64,000 nt of DNA from Yuukianura sp. NJ FZ-2021 (lineage: Eukaryota), in NCBI GenBank assembly GCA_046563655.1, contig CM102290.1:11284001-11348000 (forward strand), given 5' to 3'. The translations under genes were made by a program, and so were the position numbers. How positions within the stretch are numbered: position 1 is the stretch's first letter; each line of letters begins with the position of its first letter. Below, piece after piece: positions 44,058-56,116 of this stretch. Under the pieces are notes generated by a model. It ran no database searches. It worked only from the letters and a program-made list of their open reading frames with translations, and was not told where the DNA came from.

Positions 44058-44680
44058 GTCTGCCGCCAGTCGTTGTTCAACTGACTCCACTTTCACCCTC
44101 TGCAGCCTCTCTTCTACTTTCTCAGCTTTCCCTTCACCCTGCCAGAACCTTGGAGTGGAGTCTCCATATGTAACACTACCACTCCAGTGTCACAAGGACT
44201 TTCTGGAACTACTGGAAGTATCATTTTCATCCACAAAGTAAAAGTTAGGGGTTTGGAAGGACTTGAAATTGATGAGAACTAACAGCAATAGCCTATACAC
44301 GATTGACACCACTCAAGGACTCTGATCTTGAAACTTCATAACTTGAAAAAATGGGATACTAAAAACTTTGTTTTTTTCAAAATGGGTATTTGAACTTCAT
44401 CGGAAATATTTTTTTCAAAAATGACCATGAAGAGTTTGTTTCAAAATATTTCACAAAAGTTAGTCACAACATCGAGGACACAAAAGTTTCAAGCTTACAT
44501 TTACAACCAAGAGGTATATTTTTTGGAAACTTTTTTTTTGGAAACTTGAGACTATTAACTCGGATTTTATTTGTGTTCAAAGGTGTTAATTGAAATTGAA
44601 AAATTTTGAATTTCAAAATGAAAAATTAGTAATACGAAATTTAAAAACGGCGTTTCGAATATCTTTGTGGAGGTCAAATG

Positions 44681-45354
44681 TCAACGACGTCCGGGCCCGG
44701 GCGCCAAACCACCGAGAAACCGAGGAAGAGCTCTTAAGTTAACGCCTACCACATCTGCATCGCGAGTCTAAAGCAAAAAAAAAATATTTTTTTAAGAGAA
44801 TGGCAAAATTTGGAAAATTTTGTTTAGTTTATACAGTTTTTCAATTTTATGTTTATATTTTGCACTATTTGAAACACAAAGGCTGGGTTGATTTAGTTAG
44901 CGTTTTACCTGTCCTTGAGCGAAGTATCTGTCGTTCACAGTGAATCGATTTCTGGTTGGGTCGTAGGTTTGAGTTTGAGAAACTCTCTAAAAACAAAAAA
45001 AAAGTTTTTTTCAAACAAAAGTAATTTCAATTTTTAGATTTTTTTTAGTTTGCGTTTTTGAAAAACTCACGTTGACAGGGAACAACCCGTATGGATTTGG
45101 TCCAAGAGTGGCAGCACCGGTTGGCCGTGGCCCTCCACCTCCTGGAATTAGTGGCAATGATTGTGCCTTGAAAATTAAAAAAGAAATTATGAATTTTGTA
45201 GTTTCAATTGAAATTTTGAAATTTCAGTTTCTTGAATTTGAAAGCTCAAAAACATTAATGCTTTATTAAGTTAAATTATTGTGTCTTTTACCTCCGATTG
45301 AGTAAACAATGACACAAGAGCTACGAAACAGCAGAAAATGACCTTCGACTGCAT
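44681..45354 (-). CDS. Small secreted precursor, 107 aa, with C-terminal Gly-Arg-Arg
   Basis: Exons 45292-45354, 45071-45166, 44909-44986 and 44681-44767, all phase-0 GT-AG. Protein: MQSKVIFCCFVALVSLFTQSE|AQSLPLIPGGGGPRPTGAATLGPNPYGLFPVN|RVSQTQTYDPTRNRFTVNDRYFAQGQ|TRDADVVGVNLRALPRFLGGLAPGPGRR*. TATAAAA upstream at about 45483-45489. Confidence 0.8.
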
Positions 45355-45977
45355 TTTGAGCCAAATTTCGTTTTTGAATGTTCAAAACAATTTTTTTTTA
45401 ATTTGAACCTGTTAAGACTGTTCGAAAAAAAAATACAGCGTTTGTTCCTTCAAACTAAAACGCTGTGTTCCTTACGCTTTCGTTTTATAATAGACAAAGT
45501 AAATAATCCCAAGGACGCAAAGCCAACTGCTATAATAAAGTTGCAGTGATACAAAAAATTATTGCTTTTCGAAATTTTGAAATTGTTGCAATTTTTGCAA
45601 TTCGAAGGGAATGACTCGTCAGTAGTTACAGTAGTGGTCTTGCTACATTTTGGAGCAAGGGCGGAATGGCATGACGCTGGAAATTTTTAATTTCGAAAAC
45701 TGCAATGTTCATTGTGCAACCTCCAATGAAATGTTTGAAAGTTGCTTAGATGACGAGAGAATTCCGAACATGAATCTGTGTCAATTGACAGTTTGGAATT
45801 TGATGACCTCGTGTGCAAGAATGTCAGTCGAGGTCAAATTGACGCTAAACACCAGCAGAACTTTGGTATAAAACTACCTCATTAGTTTCCATTGCTGTTC
45901 TGTTTTGAAACACGTTGTTACTTTGTTCAAAACAAGTTTTAAAAAAATCAAAATTCATATCTGATTTGGACGTCAAA

Positions 45978-47526
45978 ATGCGGGTAACAATTTTACTGTG
46001 CTGTCTTACGGCGTCATCTTTAGCCATTCCAGTAACACATTTCAACCATCATATTGTAAGTCTTACCAAAACTTTTAAAAATGACAACTTTTTCTTCTCC
46101 GTAATCTGAAATTTTGGAAAACTTTATTTTAATTTACATTTTCAAAAAAAAGTCGAAATGCAAGCACAGTTTTTGAACAATCTAGAGTTGGTGGCAAACA
46201 AATATTTAAAAAAAAATTTCTTTGTTTTTTTAAAGGGGCGACGAATTCGCCAAGCTGGAGTACCCGGAAACCCTATTCCAACGCAGGTAAGTTCAAATTT
46301 GAAAAGTTAAAAGTCAAATCCAATAAGGTCAAATGTAAATTGTGAAATGTAAAAAGAATCAAGTGAAAATGATGAAGTATGACTTTTTGCAGCTTCTCGG
46401 CGGTGTATTGAGGTTAAGCGCAACGGAACCACCACAAGATTTTGAGTACACGTTCCCTGTACAAGTAAGTTTCAACTTTTTAAATGTTTTTAATATTTTA
46501 AAAAATTCAACTTTCCAACATTTTCACCGTTTCCGCTTTTTTCTTTAAATCTCTATCGTTTTTTTATTTGAATTTCAGAGTCTTGAAGGCTCTGATGCGG
46601 CCTCCGCAATTGCCGCCGCGGGTGGAACTCCCGCTGGAACCCCTGGCGGATTTGGAGGAGGACCCGCCGGAGTTTTTGGTGGCCCTGGTGGAGCTGCTGG
46701 AGGTTTTGGTGGCCCCGGCGGAGCTGCTGGAGGTTTTGGTGGCCCCGGCGGAGCTGCTGGAGGTTTTGGTGGGCCTGGCGGAGCTGCTGGAGGTTTTGGT
46801 GGCCCCGGCGGAGCTGCTGGAGGTTTTGGTGGGCCTGGCGGAGCTGCTGGAGGTTTTGGTGGGGCTTCGAGAGGTTTTGGAAGACATAGCAGCTTCGGTG
46901 GACTTGATGGATTTGGCCGATCCAGTGGATTTGGTGGGGCAGTGGGAGGGTTCGGTGAGGAAGTCAATGGCTTGCCGCGTAAGTATTACAAAGTTGTCGA
47001 AAGCACACGCTACCCACTTTCATCATCTCACCAACCGAAGAGGCTTCTGCTCCACTCTTCTACACCAAAGAAGTACTACAAAGTTGTCGAGTCCGAACGG
47101 CTATTCCCTTCGCGTTTTGAAGACTATCCTGCAGGCGTAGTATATCATGGAGAAAGAGGATCACGCTTTCCTGGAGGCTTTGCTACTGGTGCAGCATTTC
47201 CTGGAGCAGTGGGCTCAGGCTTTCCTGCAGGCCCAACAGGAACTGGATTCGGTGCTGGATTTCCAGCAGGAGGTGTTGCGCCGGGTCCTGGAACAGGAAC
47301 GGCCGGTACTGCAGGCACAGCAGCCGGTACTGCAGGCACAGCAGCCGGTACTGCAGGAACAGCAGCCGGTACTGCAGGAACAGCGGCCGGTACTGCAGGA
47401 ACAGCAGCCGGTACTGCAGGAACAGCAGCGGGTGGAGCAGTATCTCCCTATCCCAGCTACGACATCAACAACGTCTTCGGAATTCACGAAGATCTCCGAA
47501 ACAATCTGCTTGCACTCACAGTTTGA
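45978..47526 (+). CDS. Secreted Gly/Ala-rich repetitive structural-type protein
   Basis: Exons 45978-46055, 46236-46286, 46393-46464 and 46579-47526, all phase 0. Signal peptide MRVTILLCCLTASSLA; RRIR; (GPGGAAGGFG)x6; two KYYKVVES motifs; (AAGTAGT)n. TATAAAA at 45867-45873. Confidence 0.85.
46681..46860 (+). repeat. Coding 30-bp tandem repeat x6 (GPGGAAGGFG)
   Basis: Unit GGCCCCGGCGGAGCTGCTGGAGGTTTTGGT, varying only at third codon positions in the + frame. Confidence 0.95.
47302..47430 (+). repeat. Coding 21-bp tandem repeat (AAGTAGT), about 6 copies
   Basis: Unit GCAGCCGGTACTGCAGG(C/A)ACA. Confidence 0.9.
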
Positions 47527-47929
47527 GGTTATTTCTTCTACTCCTAAAAACATTTTCTAACATTATAAAACTTCAGCTTACTTTGGCAGTTCAAAATTAA
47601 ATTATCTACAAACTCAATTTTTGTTAAAGTTACCATTTGATTTGACTTGCATACGTGATGTCTGTTTCATTTAAACGTTTCAAAAATTTCAATAGTTTAC
47701 TATCGTTAAAACATTTAAAAACAAGTTATATTTCAACAATCTAAGTTGCAGGAAGTCATTTATAAGGCACTTTGAATGAGTTGATTTGACGCTAACATCG
47801 TTACAATCAAATCTCGATATTTGACGTTAGTGTTCCCGTCAGACTTATTCGATTTCTGTTAACATGAGCTTTCCAATGGAAGGAAGTGTTGGACGGCGGA
47901 TTATTGTCTTGTTTAAAATATTTCTGATT

Positions 47930-50443
47930 TCACAGTTCTTCAAAATAGGCCACTCGAGATTTTGTTGAAGGAGAGCGAATCTAGAAAAAATTTCAAAGAA
48001 AATGGAAGAATACGTTCATTTTGAAAAGACAAGTTTTTTTTTTGAAAAGGTTCCATAACTCTGAGTTTACCTTCTTGAGTGTAGAATATTTATTGTCTCC
48101 TGCTTCCACTTGTTCCTGATGCAGTTGATCTAACTTGTCTTCCTTCTCTTCCAATTTGAGCACCTTGATTTCGGATCGAAGTCCCTTCATTTGATCTTGT
48201 AGAGCTTTGCTTTTTTTGAGATACTGAGCTCGTTCCAGTTCAATTTGTTCCTCAACTTCATTTCCTTTTACTTCTGGTGGTGGTGGTGGCAGAATCGGTA
48301 TGTGACTAGGCGGGGGGCTTAATTGAGAAATCGGAATGGAACGTATTAGACCAATTTCAGGAGGAGACTGACTGTGACTATTTTGACGTTCATGGGTATA
48401 AGCTGGAGCAGGATCCAAAAAGTTATGTACTGGAGGGATGGGGAAACGAGGAGCTGGATACCGTGGGATAACGATCTGCAGTAATTTCTCTTGAGCTTCT
48501 TTAAGGTCAAGCCGAGTTTGAAGGAGTTCTGTTTTGAGGCGTTCAGCTTCAACTGACCGTTGTTCGGCTTCAATTTGAGTCTCACGCATGCGTTGCTCCA
48601 TTAGCTGCTTCTCTTCTTCTGTCTGAAAACGTAGGAAAACCATTCAACTAAACTATAAAGAAATCCAAAATCCTTTACATGGTGATCTTACTCTGATCGC
48701 TGACTGACGAATTCGTTGAGCTTCTCTTTCTGCTTCTGATGCTTTTTGATTGAGAAGCGATGCTTCTTCTTCAGCTATTCGTGATTTTTCTGCTAGAAGT
48801 TCCGCTGCTTCTTCGGATCGTATCTGAAAGTACGGAATATTGACGATTAGAATTTAGTTTTTCCACGATCCACAGTTAAGAGCAAAGTTAGGTTTTCATA
48901 AATGGTCAATTTTAAGCTGAAATTGAATTACCAGTGACTGCTTGATGAGGCGAACTTCCTCTTGGTAGTCTATTAGCTTTTGTTCTAAAATTGACTTGTC
49001 TCGCTCAGCCGCTTCTCGAAGCTGTTTTTCCCGGGCGAGTTTACTTCTCTCCAGTTGACGTCTATTAGCACACAAAGAACGAGAAAAGTATGAATGAGGG
49101 CACGTTACTGATCTGAATAGTACTGATCATTGAGTCCATTAAAATTGGGAATTCTTTAGTTATTCACCGCAGTTTTTCCTCCTTTGCTTGGGCTTTCATT
49201 TGTTGGACATCCATAGGATCCGGTTTTCTTCTTCGTCTAAACAGGTCATGGTTTCCTATGCATAAGTCCAGTATCAGCTTGTTCATTCTTAGTTTCTGAG
49301 AGAAGAAGTAGAAGTTTGGAGCAGTCTTGTCACAAGGTTTGATACAGAATTTTTTAGAATCAAAACTGATGTTGCGAATTTCTGACCAGGGGAAAGTAAT
49401 TTTTGGAGTGAGTTTGTTCCCTTGCTCGTAGATGTTCAGTCCTAGTGCTGTCACTCCTAACCAGAGATCACTTTCTTTTTTATTCTGAAACAAAAATTGT
49501 TCACAATTCATTAACAAATGTTTGGAATAAACTGGAAGCTAGTAATAAAAATACTTACCGAAATAGGAAAGTAGTTTACACCGAACATGTCAAGGTCTTG
49601 TGTGATTTTGAGGTACTCAATTTCTGCTTCATCGCGAGTCATTCCTTTATGATCAGCGTACCAAACCTTGATTCGCTCTGCCCACATCTCGGCTGTCATC
49701 TGATATTGTTCAATGACTCTTTGGGGTAACAAGTCCTCAGATGCTAACATACTTGGCGTGTAGTGAGCCTCGTCGTAGTCACCATACTGAAATTTGGTTA
49801 ACAAACACTTACATGCAGTAAAGGACTTTTCGGATTTTCCCATTTTGGATAAAATCTTTTAACGAACCTTTGCCTGAACAGCATAGGATGCCAAAAGAAC
49901 AGAAGCTTCTGGTGGGCAGTAAATGTCCATAGACAAAATTGCTTGTTTGACTTGAAGGAACATGAGATGCTGCGTAACTTCTTGGACCAACTCCTCCGCG
50001 ACGTCTTCCGGAAAATACTTGGCGAGAAATGTGAACTCAGCTGGATCATCCCGTACTAGACCTTGATCACGCACTGATGTGTTCAGAAACAAAGGAATTT
50101 TTAGAACATGAAAATCAGTAAATCAGTTGCTCCAAATAATCGAGTACAGTGATACATTACCTTTCTTGTCTACTTTCAACCATGTTGTGTTTCCCTTAGA
50201 ATCGATAAACTGGAGACTGAAAAACCAAGTTTCGCGAAGCCCAATCGTTTGACAAGTGAGGTCAAACAGTTCCTTTCCGGTGGCTTTCAACTAAACAAAG
50301 AAATACCTAAGGAGATCAGTTGCCAATGAAATTCGTGAACATCTCTCGTCTTTCCTTACCGGCAACTCAAACTCCAGGTCTGCGTCCATCATGACAACGC
50401 GAACCTGAAACGTCTTGCTCGTGGCCACCCTCTTTCGTAACAT
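47930..50443 (-). CDS. NF2: Merlin (NF2), FERM-domain tumour suppressor
   Basis: FERM motifs [36 protein letters not shown]; Blue-box [27 protein letters not shown]-terminus [23 protein letters not shown]. Confidence 0.93.
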
Positions 50444-51279
50444 TTTGAAGATATTCGAGTTGAAAATTGCGTTGAATATAGAAGTTCATGGACAGCCTAC
50501 GACGTTCCGCTCTTCTGTTTCTTAAAAATCAAGCTGCCAAAGTGAACTTCAACTTCCAAGACTTTCAAAGGCAAATCATGAAGGGCTAATCTAAAATTAA
50601 GAATAAATTTCTGTAAGTCAATGACTTCATGTTCATAATCTTAACAGCACTCTAAATTTATCAATCATAGTTTTCCTTACCATGATTTGGACGTCATATG
50701 TAATGGACGAAAGCTGGTGACTGCGCTCCTAAGTGTACAAATTGATTAATAAACGAATTAAAACAACATCAAGACTAAATTTAACCTACAATTAAAAACT
50801 AATAAGGTTTTATTCTTTTTGATAATCACATTTACACTAAAAGACAAGTTACGAAAAAATGAAACAAAAACAAAGCAAAAACAAATTAGCTTTCGAAAAT
50901 AAAATTTCCCCGCCTTTTTTTTTACAGCGTTTTTCAAGCGTTTTTGGTATGTTTATCATAATTTTAAATTTATTGTGTAGTAAATAATTGTTGCATTAAT
51001 GCATTTGTACTAATTTGTGTAACAATTATAATTGTCTATTACAGGGACTATTGACTGCACGCACGCACATAAGCAGGTCAAAACATCTTCCGGATACATG
51101 TTGTCATGGCTACCATCAATGGATTCGATCAAACACCTTCACCTCACTAAACAACTTAAAGCGCCACACCTTCCTTCCGTCAGTTCCACTTTTCGTTTGT
51201 CAGTGCTCAGCACGCAAGTAATTGTCAGATATAATTGATTATATAGTTTTACGTAATTTCTGGATAATTAGGTTTCAAC

Positions 51280-54200
51280 ATGTGGATTCCTCCAACAATT
51301 CCGGAACTGGTCCTGCGCGTCTACACTTGGAAGGACACTCCTGAAGTAGCCGAAGCGAAGAAGGCCGCTGGAGTGATTTTGTCCAGTGACACAACATGGG
51401 ACGACGAGTTACCGTCAGCCACTGGCACCTTGAGCAGCTTCTGTATCAAGAAGCTTGCCAAGTCATATCCCGACATGGTGGCCAAAATCGAGGAACGGAA
51501 CAAGAACTACCGGTTGGAGTACAGGAAGGCGCGAGAGGTCTGGAAGAAGGCATGGAAGGAGTATCGAAGAGACCGGAGGGAGTTTGACCAAATGTAAGCT
51601 ATTTCGGAAACGTTTTCAAATTCTGAAATTCAATTTCAATATCAAATTTCAAAACTGAAATTCCGAAATTTTTACTTAGAATTGAAGAACAGGAGCAGGA
51701 ACATCGTCGCTTCTCGTTTGACCTAACGGAGGACTATATGATGGACCGTGGGCTGAGCTTCACTGGTCTTGACAGTAACTGGAAGCCACCGCCGCTGGAA
51801 CCAACGATGCCACCAATGGATCCAGGACAGCTTCACAAAGTGTCGCCACTTATGATCCATCTCAGCTCATGGGACCGGATCAGACTCATCCACGAACTTG
51901 ACCCAGACACGATTCCAGTTGACATGGCCCTACGAACGATTCCGGATGAGCTCTACTGGAAACCATTGGCCGAGAAAAAGTATCCCGTAAGCTACTTCCT
52001 TGTTTTGAAAAACTTGAAAATCCTAGATAAAACGTTCCAAAATTCGGAGAAAAAAATATGGTTAAGTTTTTGATTTCCAGGATGCTTTTGTGGAGCAATA
52101 CGGGAAATCCTGGAAACGTATCTTCGTGGAACGGAATTTGCGCGACGCCATTGAATTTTTCCATCCGTTTGAAGGGAAGTGGGAGGACCTTGAGAAGCAG
52201 TTGAAAATCTTCGGGCCCTTCGCCAAGGGCCTTGACCTCCATCACCTCGTTCCCATTTGCTACGGTGTCCCGCGAAAACAAGTCATTGCCGACGATTTTG
52301 AAGCGTAAATTTCCAAAATAAAACCCAAAAAAATTTTTTTGATTACTAATATTTTTGGTTCTTTCAGTGACAGCGAAATGGTCGGGGCGCCAGAAGACGA
52401 GGGATTCCTTGGCAGTGCTTACTTGAAGCGAAAGAAAATAGAAGAGGAAGAACAGAAAGCACTTTTATTGCAAAAACAGAGGGAAGCTGAAGAGAATGAG
52501 GACAACGAAGAGGAGGACGCTGACAAGGAACCCCCGAAGGACCCCCGAGATGACAACAGTCACATTGACCTTAGCCTCATTCTGCCCAGACTCAAGCGAC
52601 TGCGCTATCTGAGCATCATGTACAAGATGCAGGAAGCCGGCCTGGAATTTGAACCGAGGTTCCAGGAATTTACGGAAACTGACTGTCGCAATTTGGCCAA
52701 AGGTTGAAATATCAATGTTTCTGATCAAAGTACCAATATTTCAAGTCACTATGTTGTAAAAAATGTTGACAATATTTGTAGGACTCAAGCATTCTTACCA
52801 ATTGCGCAAGTTCGAACTGCAGCGATCCCATGTCACGGACGAGTTTACCAAAATCCTGTGCAGAAACGCGTTTCGATACATGCATCACCTCAAGATCCTC
52901 AATTTGTCGTACAACGAACTCGGAAATGATGGTGATTTTTTAACTAACCCACAAAATTTGAAAACATTCGAAAAATGACACCAAGGCTCTAAATTTTTTC
53001 AATTTTTTTTTTCAAACCAGGAGCCAAAGCCATCACTAAATTGCTCGTTGACGATCGTACTGGACTCCCTGGGACTCTCCATACTCTGAATCTCACTAGC
53101 TGTGAAATCACGCGTCGAGGGGCCAAGTATCTCGCTTATGCTTTGAGCGCCAATAAGCATCTACGCAAACTCAGTATGCGTTTGAACTCAATCCATGACA
53201 CTGGTTGTCGTGCCTTTGCCAATGCATTGATGGAAAACACCAGCCTACTGTTTCTGGACATGTCAGCTACGGCAATGGGCACAACAGGTTGTTACCAATT
53301 TGCCAAAATGCTGTTTCATAACGAGAAGCTTCGATCTCTCAATATAAGTTCAAATCCAAACATTGGTCCAAAAGGTAACAAAAACACTAAAAAACGAGTT
53401 TTTAAAAATGTAATTTCAGGTTGACCTTTGACCTGTTTCAGCATTTGGACTCATGGCTGTCGCTGTTCAACAAAGCATAAAACTTTACAACCTGGACTAC
53501 CGCTACTGTGGAACTATTGACGAAAGTTTGAACATGGCCATGCGCGATAAGCTTTTCCAGAACGTTGTTGAGTGTAAACGCTACCGCTATCCACATCAAT
53601 ACAAGAAATTTGTGAAACGGGAAGCACGATATGCCAAGACTACAAGATTCCATCGACGTCGCAGGCCCAAGCAACCAGTCGAAGTTGAACCGGCACCTAC
53701 CGAAGCTGAAGGCACCGAGGTCAAGGTTATCGATCCGACACTACCTTTGCCACCACCACCACTGCCTAAGCTAGAAGGCGGAGCTAAGCCCGAGTCTCCA
53801 CCAATCCCTGACGAAGCCAAACCTGCCTCTCCACCAACCACAGAAGGAGAAGCCAAGCCTGCATCTCCGCCAGTCGTTGAAGGCGGAGCCAAACCAGTGG
53901 CAGAAGAAGGAGTCCAAGCTGCCGCACCAATCACAGAAGGAGGAGCTACAGCAGCGGCACCACCAGAGGGTGGATCAACGCCGGCTCCACCTGAAGCAGG
54001 AGCCACCGCGGAGGCAACCGAACCCAGGAAAGTAACGCCTCCTGAGAAGTCCAAGTTACGCAAGAAACCCAAACCATTTGAAATGGAGAAACGACGTCTG
54101 CGCTATCTCATGAAACATCACCACAAGGGCGATCGAACAACGGATTCTGTCTTGACTGGCGACAGACTTGACAAATTGATTGCCTACCTTGAAGACAAAA

Positions 54201-54316
54201 CGACCGTGAAGAAGAAAGTGTTCCGACGTCGCCACAAGCGTCACCGCTGGGTCACCAAAGCCAAGTTGGCTGACGATAGAGCTCCCGAGCACCACCGAGT
54301 CTTGTTTATGGACTAA
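51280..54316 (+). CDS. TCTE1: Dynein regulatory complex subunit 5 / TCTE1-like LRR protein with a Pro/Ala-rich C-terminal extension
   Basis: IPDELYWK...YGKSWKRIFVERNL signature; ribonuclease-inhibitor-like LRRs (LKILNLSYNELGND, LHTLNLTSCEI, LRKLSMRLNSI). Multi-exon. Confidence 0.75.
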
Positions 54317-54643
54317 TCCAAGTCGTATCAAAGTCAATCAAGCATAAGCATCATAACTTCGACCACACTACGTTTCCTTTCGTCAAAATTTTAAGTTTTT
54401 TATGCCCCATATCAAAAGGTAGAAACGTTCCAGAGGTTACGTTATTCAAAATTTTAAGTTTTCAACAAAGTACTAAAGCGATTTGGTTTTAAACTAACTT
54501 TTTTTAAAATGTGGTTTCAATTTAGTTGCAATTTACCAATTTTGGAATTCTAAATTTTTAGAATCTAGCTCTACTGTATTCTTTTCGGTTCTTTTTTGGC
54601 TTTTCAAACTTTATTATACAGGGTTGGGGTAAGATTTAATTAT

Positions 54644-54833
54644 CCTCATCGTAGCCTTACAGTGTAGCCACCTTTGCGGCTACAATGGATGGCTACACTA
54701 CACGCTACATTTGTTGCCACTTTATCTTACGTTTTTTTTAATTAGATGTAAATTAGTGCTGCCACTATGTGTAGCCGCCTATTGTAGCCACACAAGATGG
54801 CCGGAGTGGCTACACTTTGTGAATACAATGAGG
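54644..54833. mobile_element. 190-bp MITE-like element
   Basis: Imperfect 28-bp terminal inverted repeats CCTCATcGTAgccttAcAGTGTAGCCAC versus the reverse complement of GTGGCTACACTTTGTGAATACAATGAGG; internal GTAGCC/GGCTAC repeats. Confidence 0.65.
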
Positions 54834-56116
54834 TCGTTAATACTCACGTCGACCTTTTACTGAAAAGCTTTTGTTTTTAGTTAGTTTGGTTAGTCCTGTC
54901 AGATTTGATGAAGTACTTCAGAATTGGATTAACGAGTTAGAGAGAAATGCATTAGCATCGTGTTTAGTAGAAACTTGAGGGTAGGTTAGGTTTGGACTTG
55001 AGTCGGAGCAAAGGTCAATGGTTGACCGTTGTCATTTTGATTCTCGGTAAAAAGCGGATTTTTAAAAGTTAAAGTTCATTTTGCACATGGACATCACTTA
55101 GGTTTTAGCTGGACAAAGTCTGTCCTCACATCCTGTGTTCAGCCTGTGACCTCTGGATTGGACTCTTACAGTAATGTTGATGAATAAAAAGTAGTAAATA
55201 ATCCATGCGATAATAACAAAATCTAAAAGTCCATAAAAATTGGACCGGAAATTCTGCAAATATTTCTCCTTTTTCGCTTTTTCAAAATTTTCCAAAACCA
55301 TTTTGCATTGATTTTCCGGAATGAATTTCAGTCTTCTACTTTACAAATTAACGAATGAAAAATTTGTTTTTGTTTTTGCCTACGTCTAACATGATAACCT
55401 GACGCTTCTAGTAAATCAGCCTTAGCTAAACCAAAACATAATCAAATTAACTAACGTAAACCTAAACTAAATAGCTTTATTACACAAATATAAGTTATGT
55501 TTGCTAATTATGTTTGTGATACGTAACATAACAAAGTCCAGTATCTTGTAAGCGGTTTACCCAACAATTTTTTGTGTTTTGGTTTTGGAGTCCAAAATTT
55601 GGACTTTGGTTTCAAAACGGATCCGGTTGGACTCTTTAACATTTCGGTTGGACTCTGAGGGAATCGCAAAATTGAGAATTACTCATCTGCTATAGCGTGA
55701 GACATTTAGCATTGGAGTAAATTTTGCAAATTGGCAAAATTGTCCGAACATCAGCACAAAAAATTGAGAGGGCGTGAAACTAAATGCTATATGAATACAA
55801 AGTTCGGGTATGGTGTGAGTTTTTTTTTCCAGGGATGTCCCACCTAAACTGTCTACTTGGCCAACGTCATGCCCATAACTTATACATTACTTATGTTATG
55901 CTAACCTTATCCGTGCTGGAAACTGTGGGAAGTGGGCTGATGCTTAACACAGAACTAATGAAGTAGGACTACTATAAAGACCATCTCCAGCCGCAACCGG
56001 TTACTCACTTTCCAGTTGACAGTTTCAGTAAGACCACTTTTTGGTAAAGTTAACATAACTAACCTACCCCACCTTTAGATTACATAAGCCTAAACTATCA
56101 GTTTAGCACAGCCAAC

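Noticed and set aside
44681..45354. SIFamide precursor beside its receptor
   Set aside because: The product has no PFNGSIF-G-K/R motif.
46564..47140. Overlapping ORFs (PPGPPKPPAA collagen/extensin-like, LAELLEVLV, TKTSSSSA)
   Set aside because: These are shadow frames of the 30-bp repeat. Splice phase and third-position variation support only the + GPGGAAGGFG frame.
47147..47560. Metallothionein-like CCSCSTG ORF and QQPVLQE ORF
   Set aside because: These are shadow frames of the 21-bp coding repeat.
53596..54072. Gly/Ala-rich minus-strand ORF
   Set aside because: Antisense shadow of the Pro-rich TCTE1 tail.
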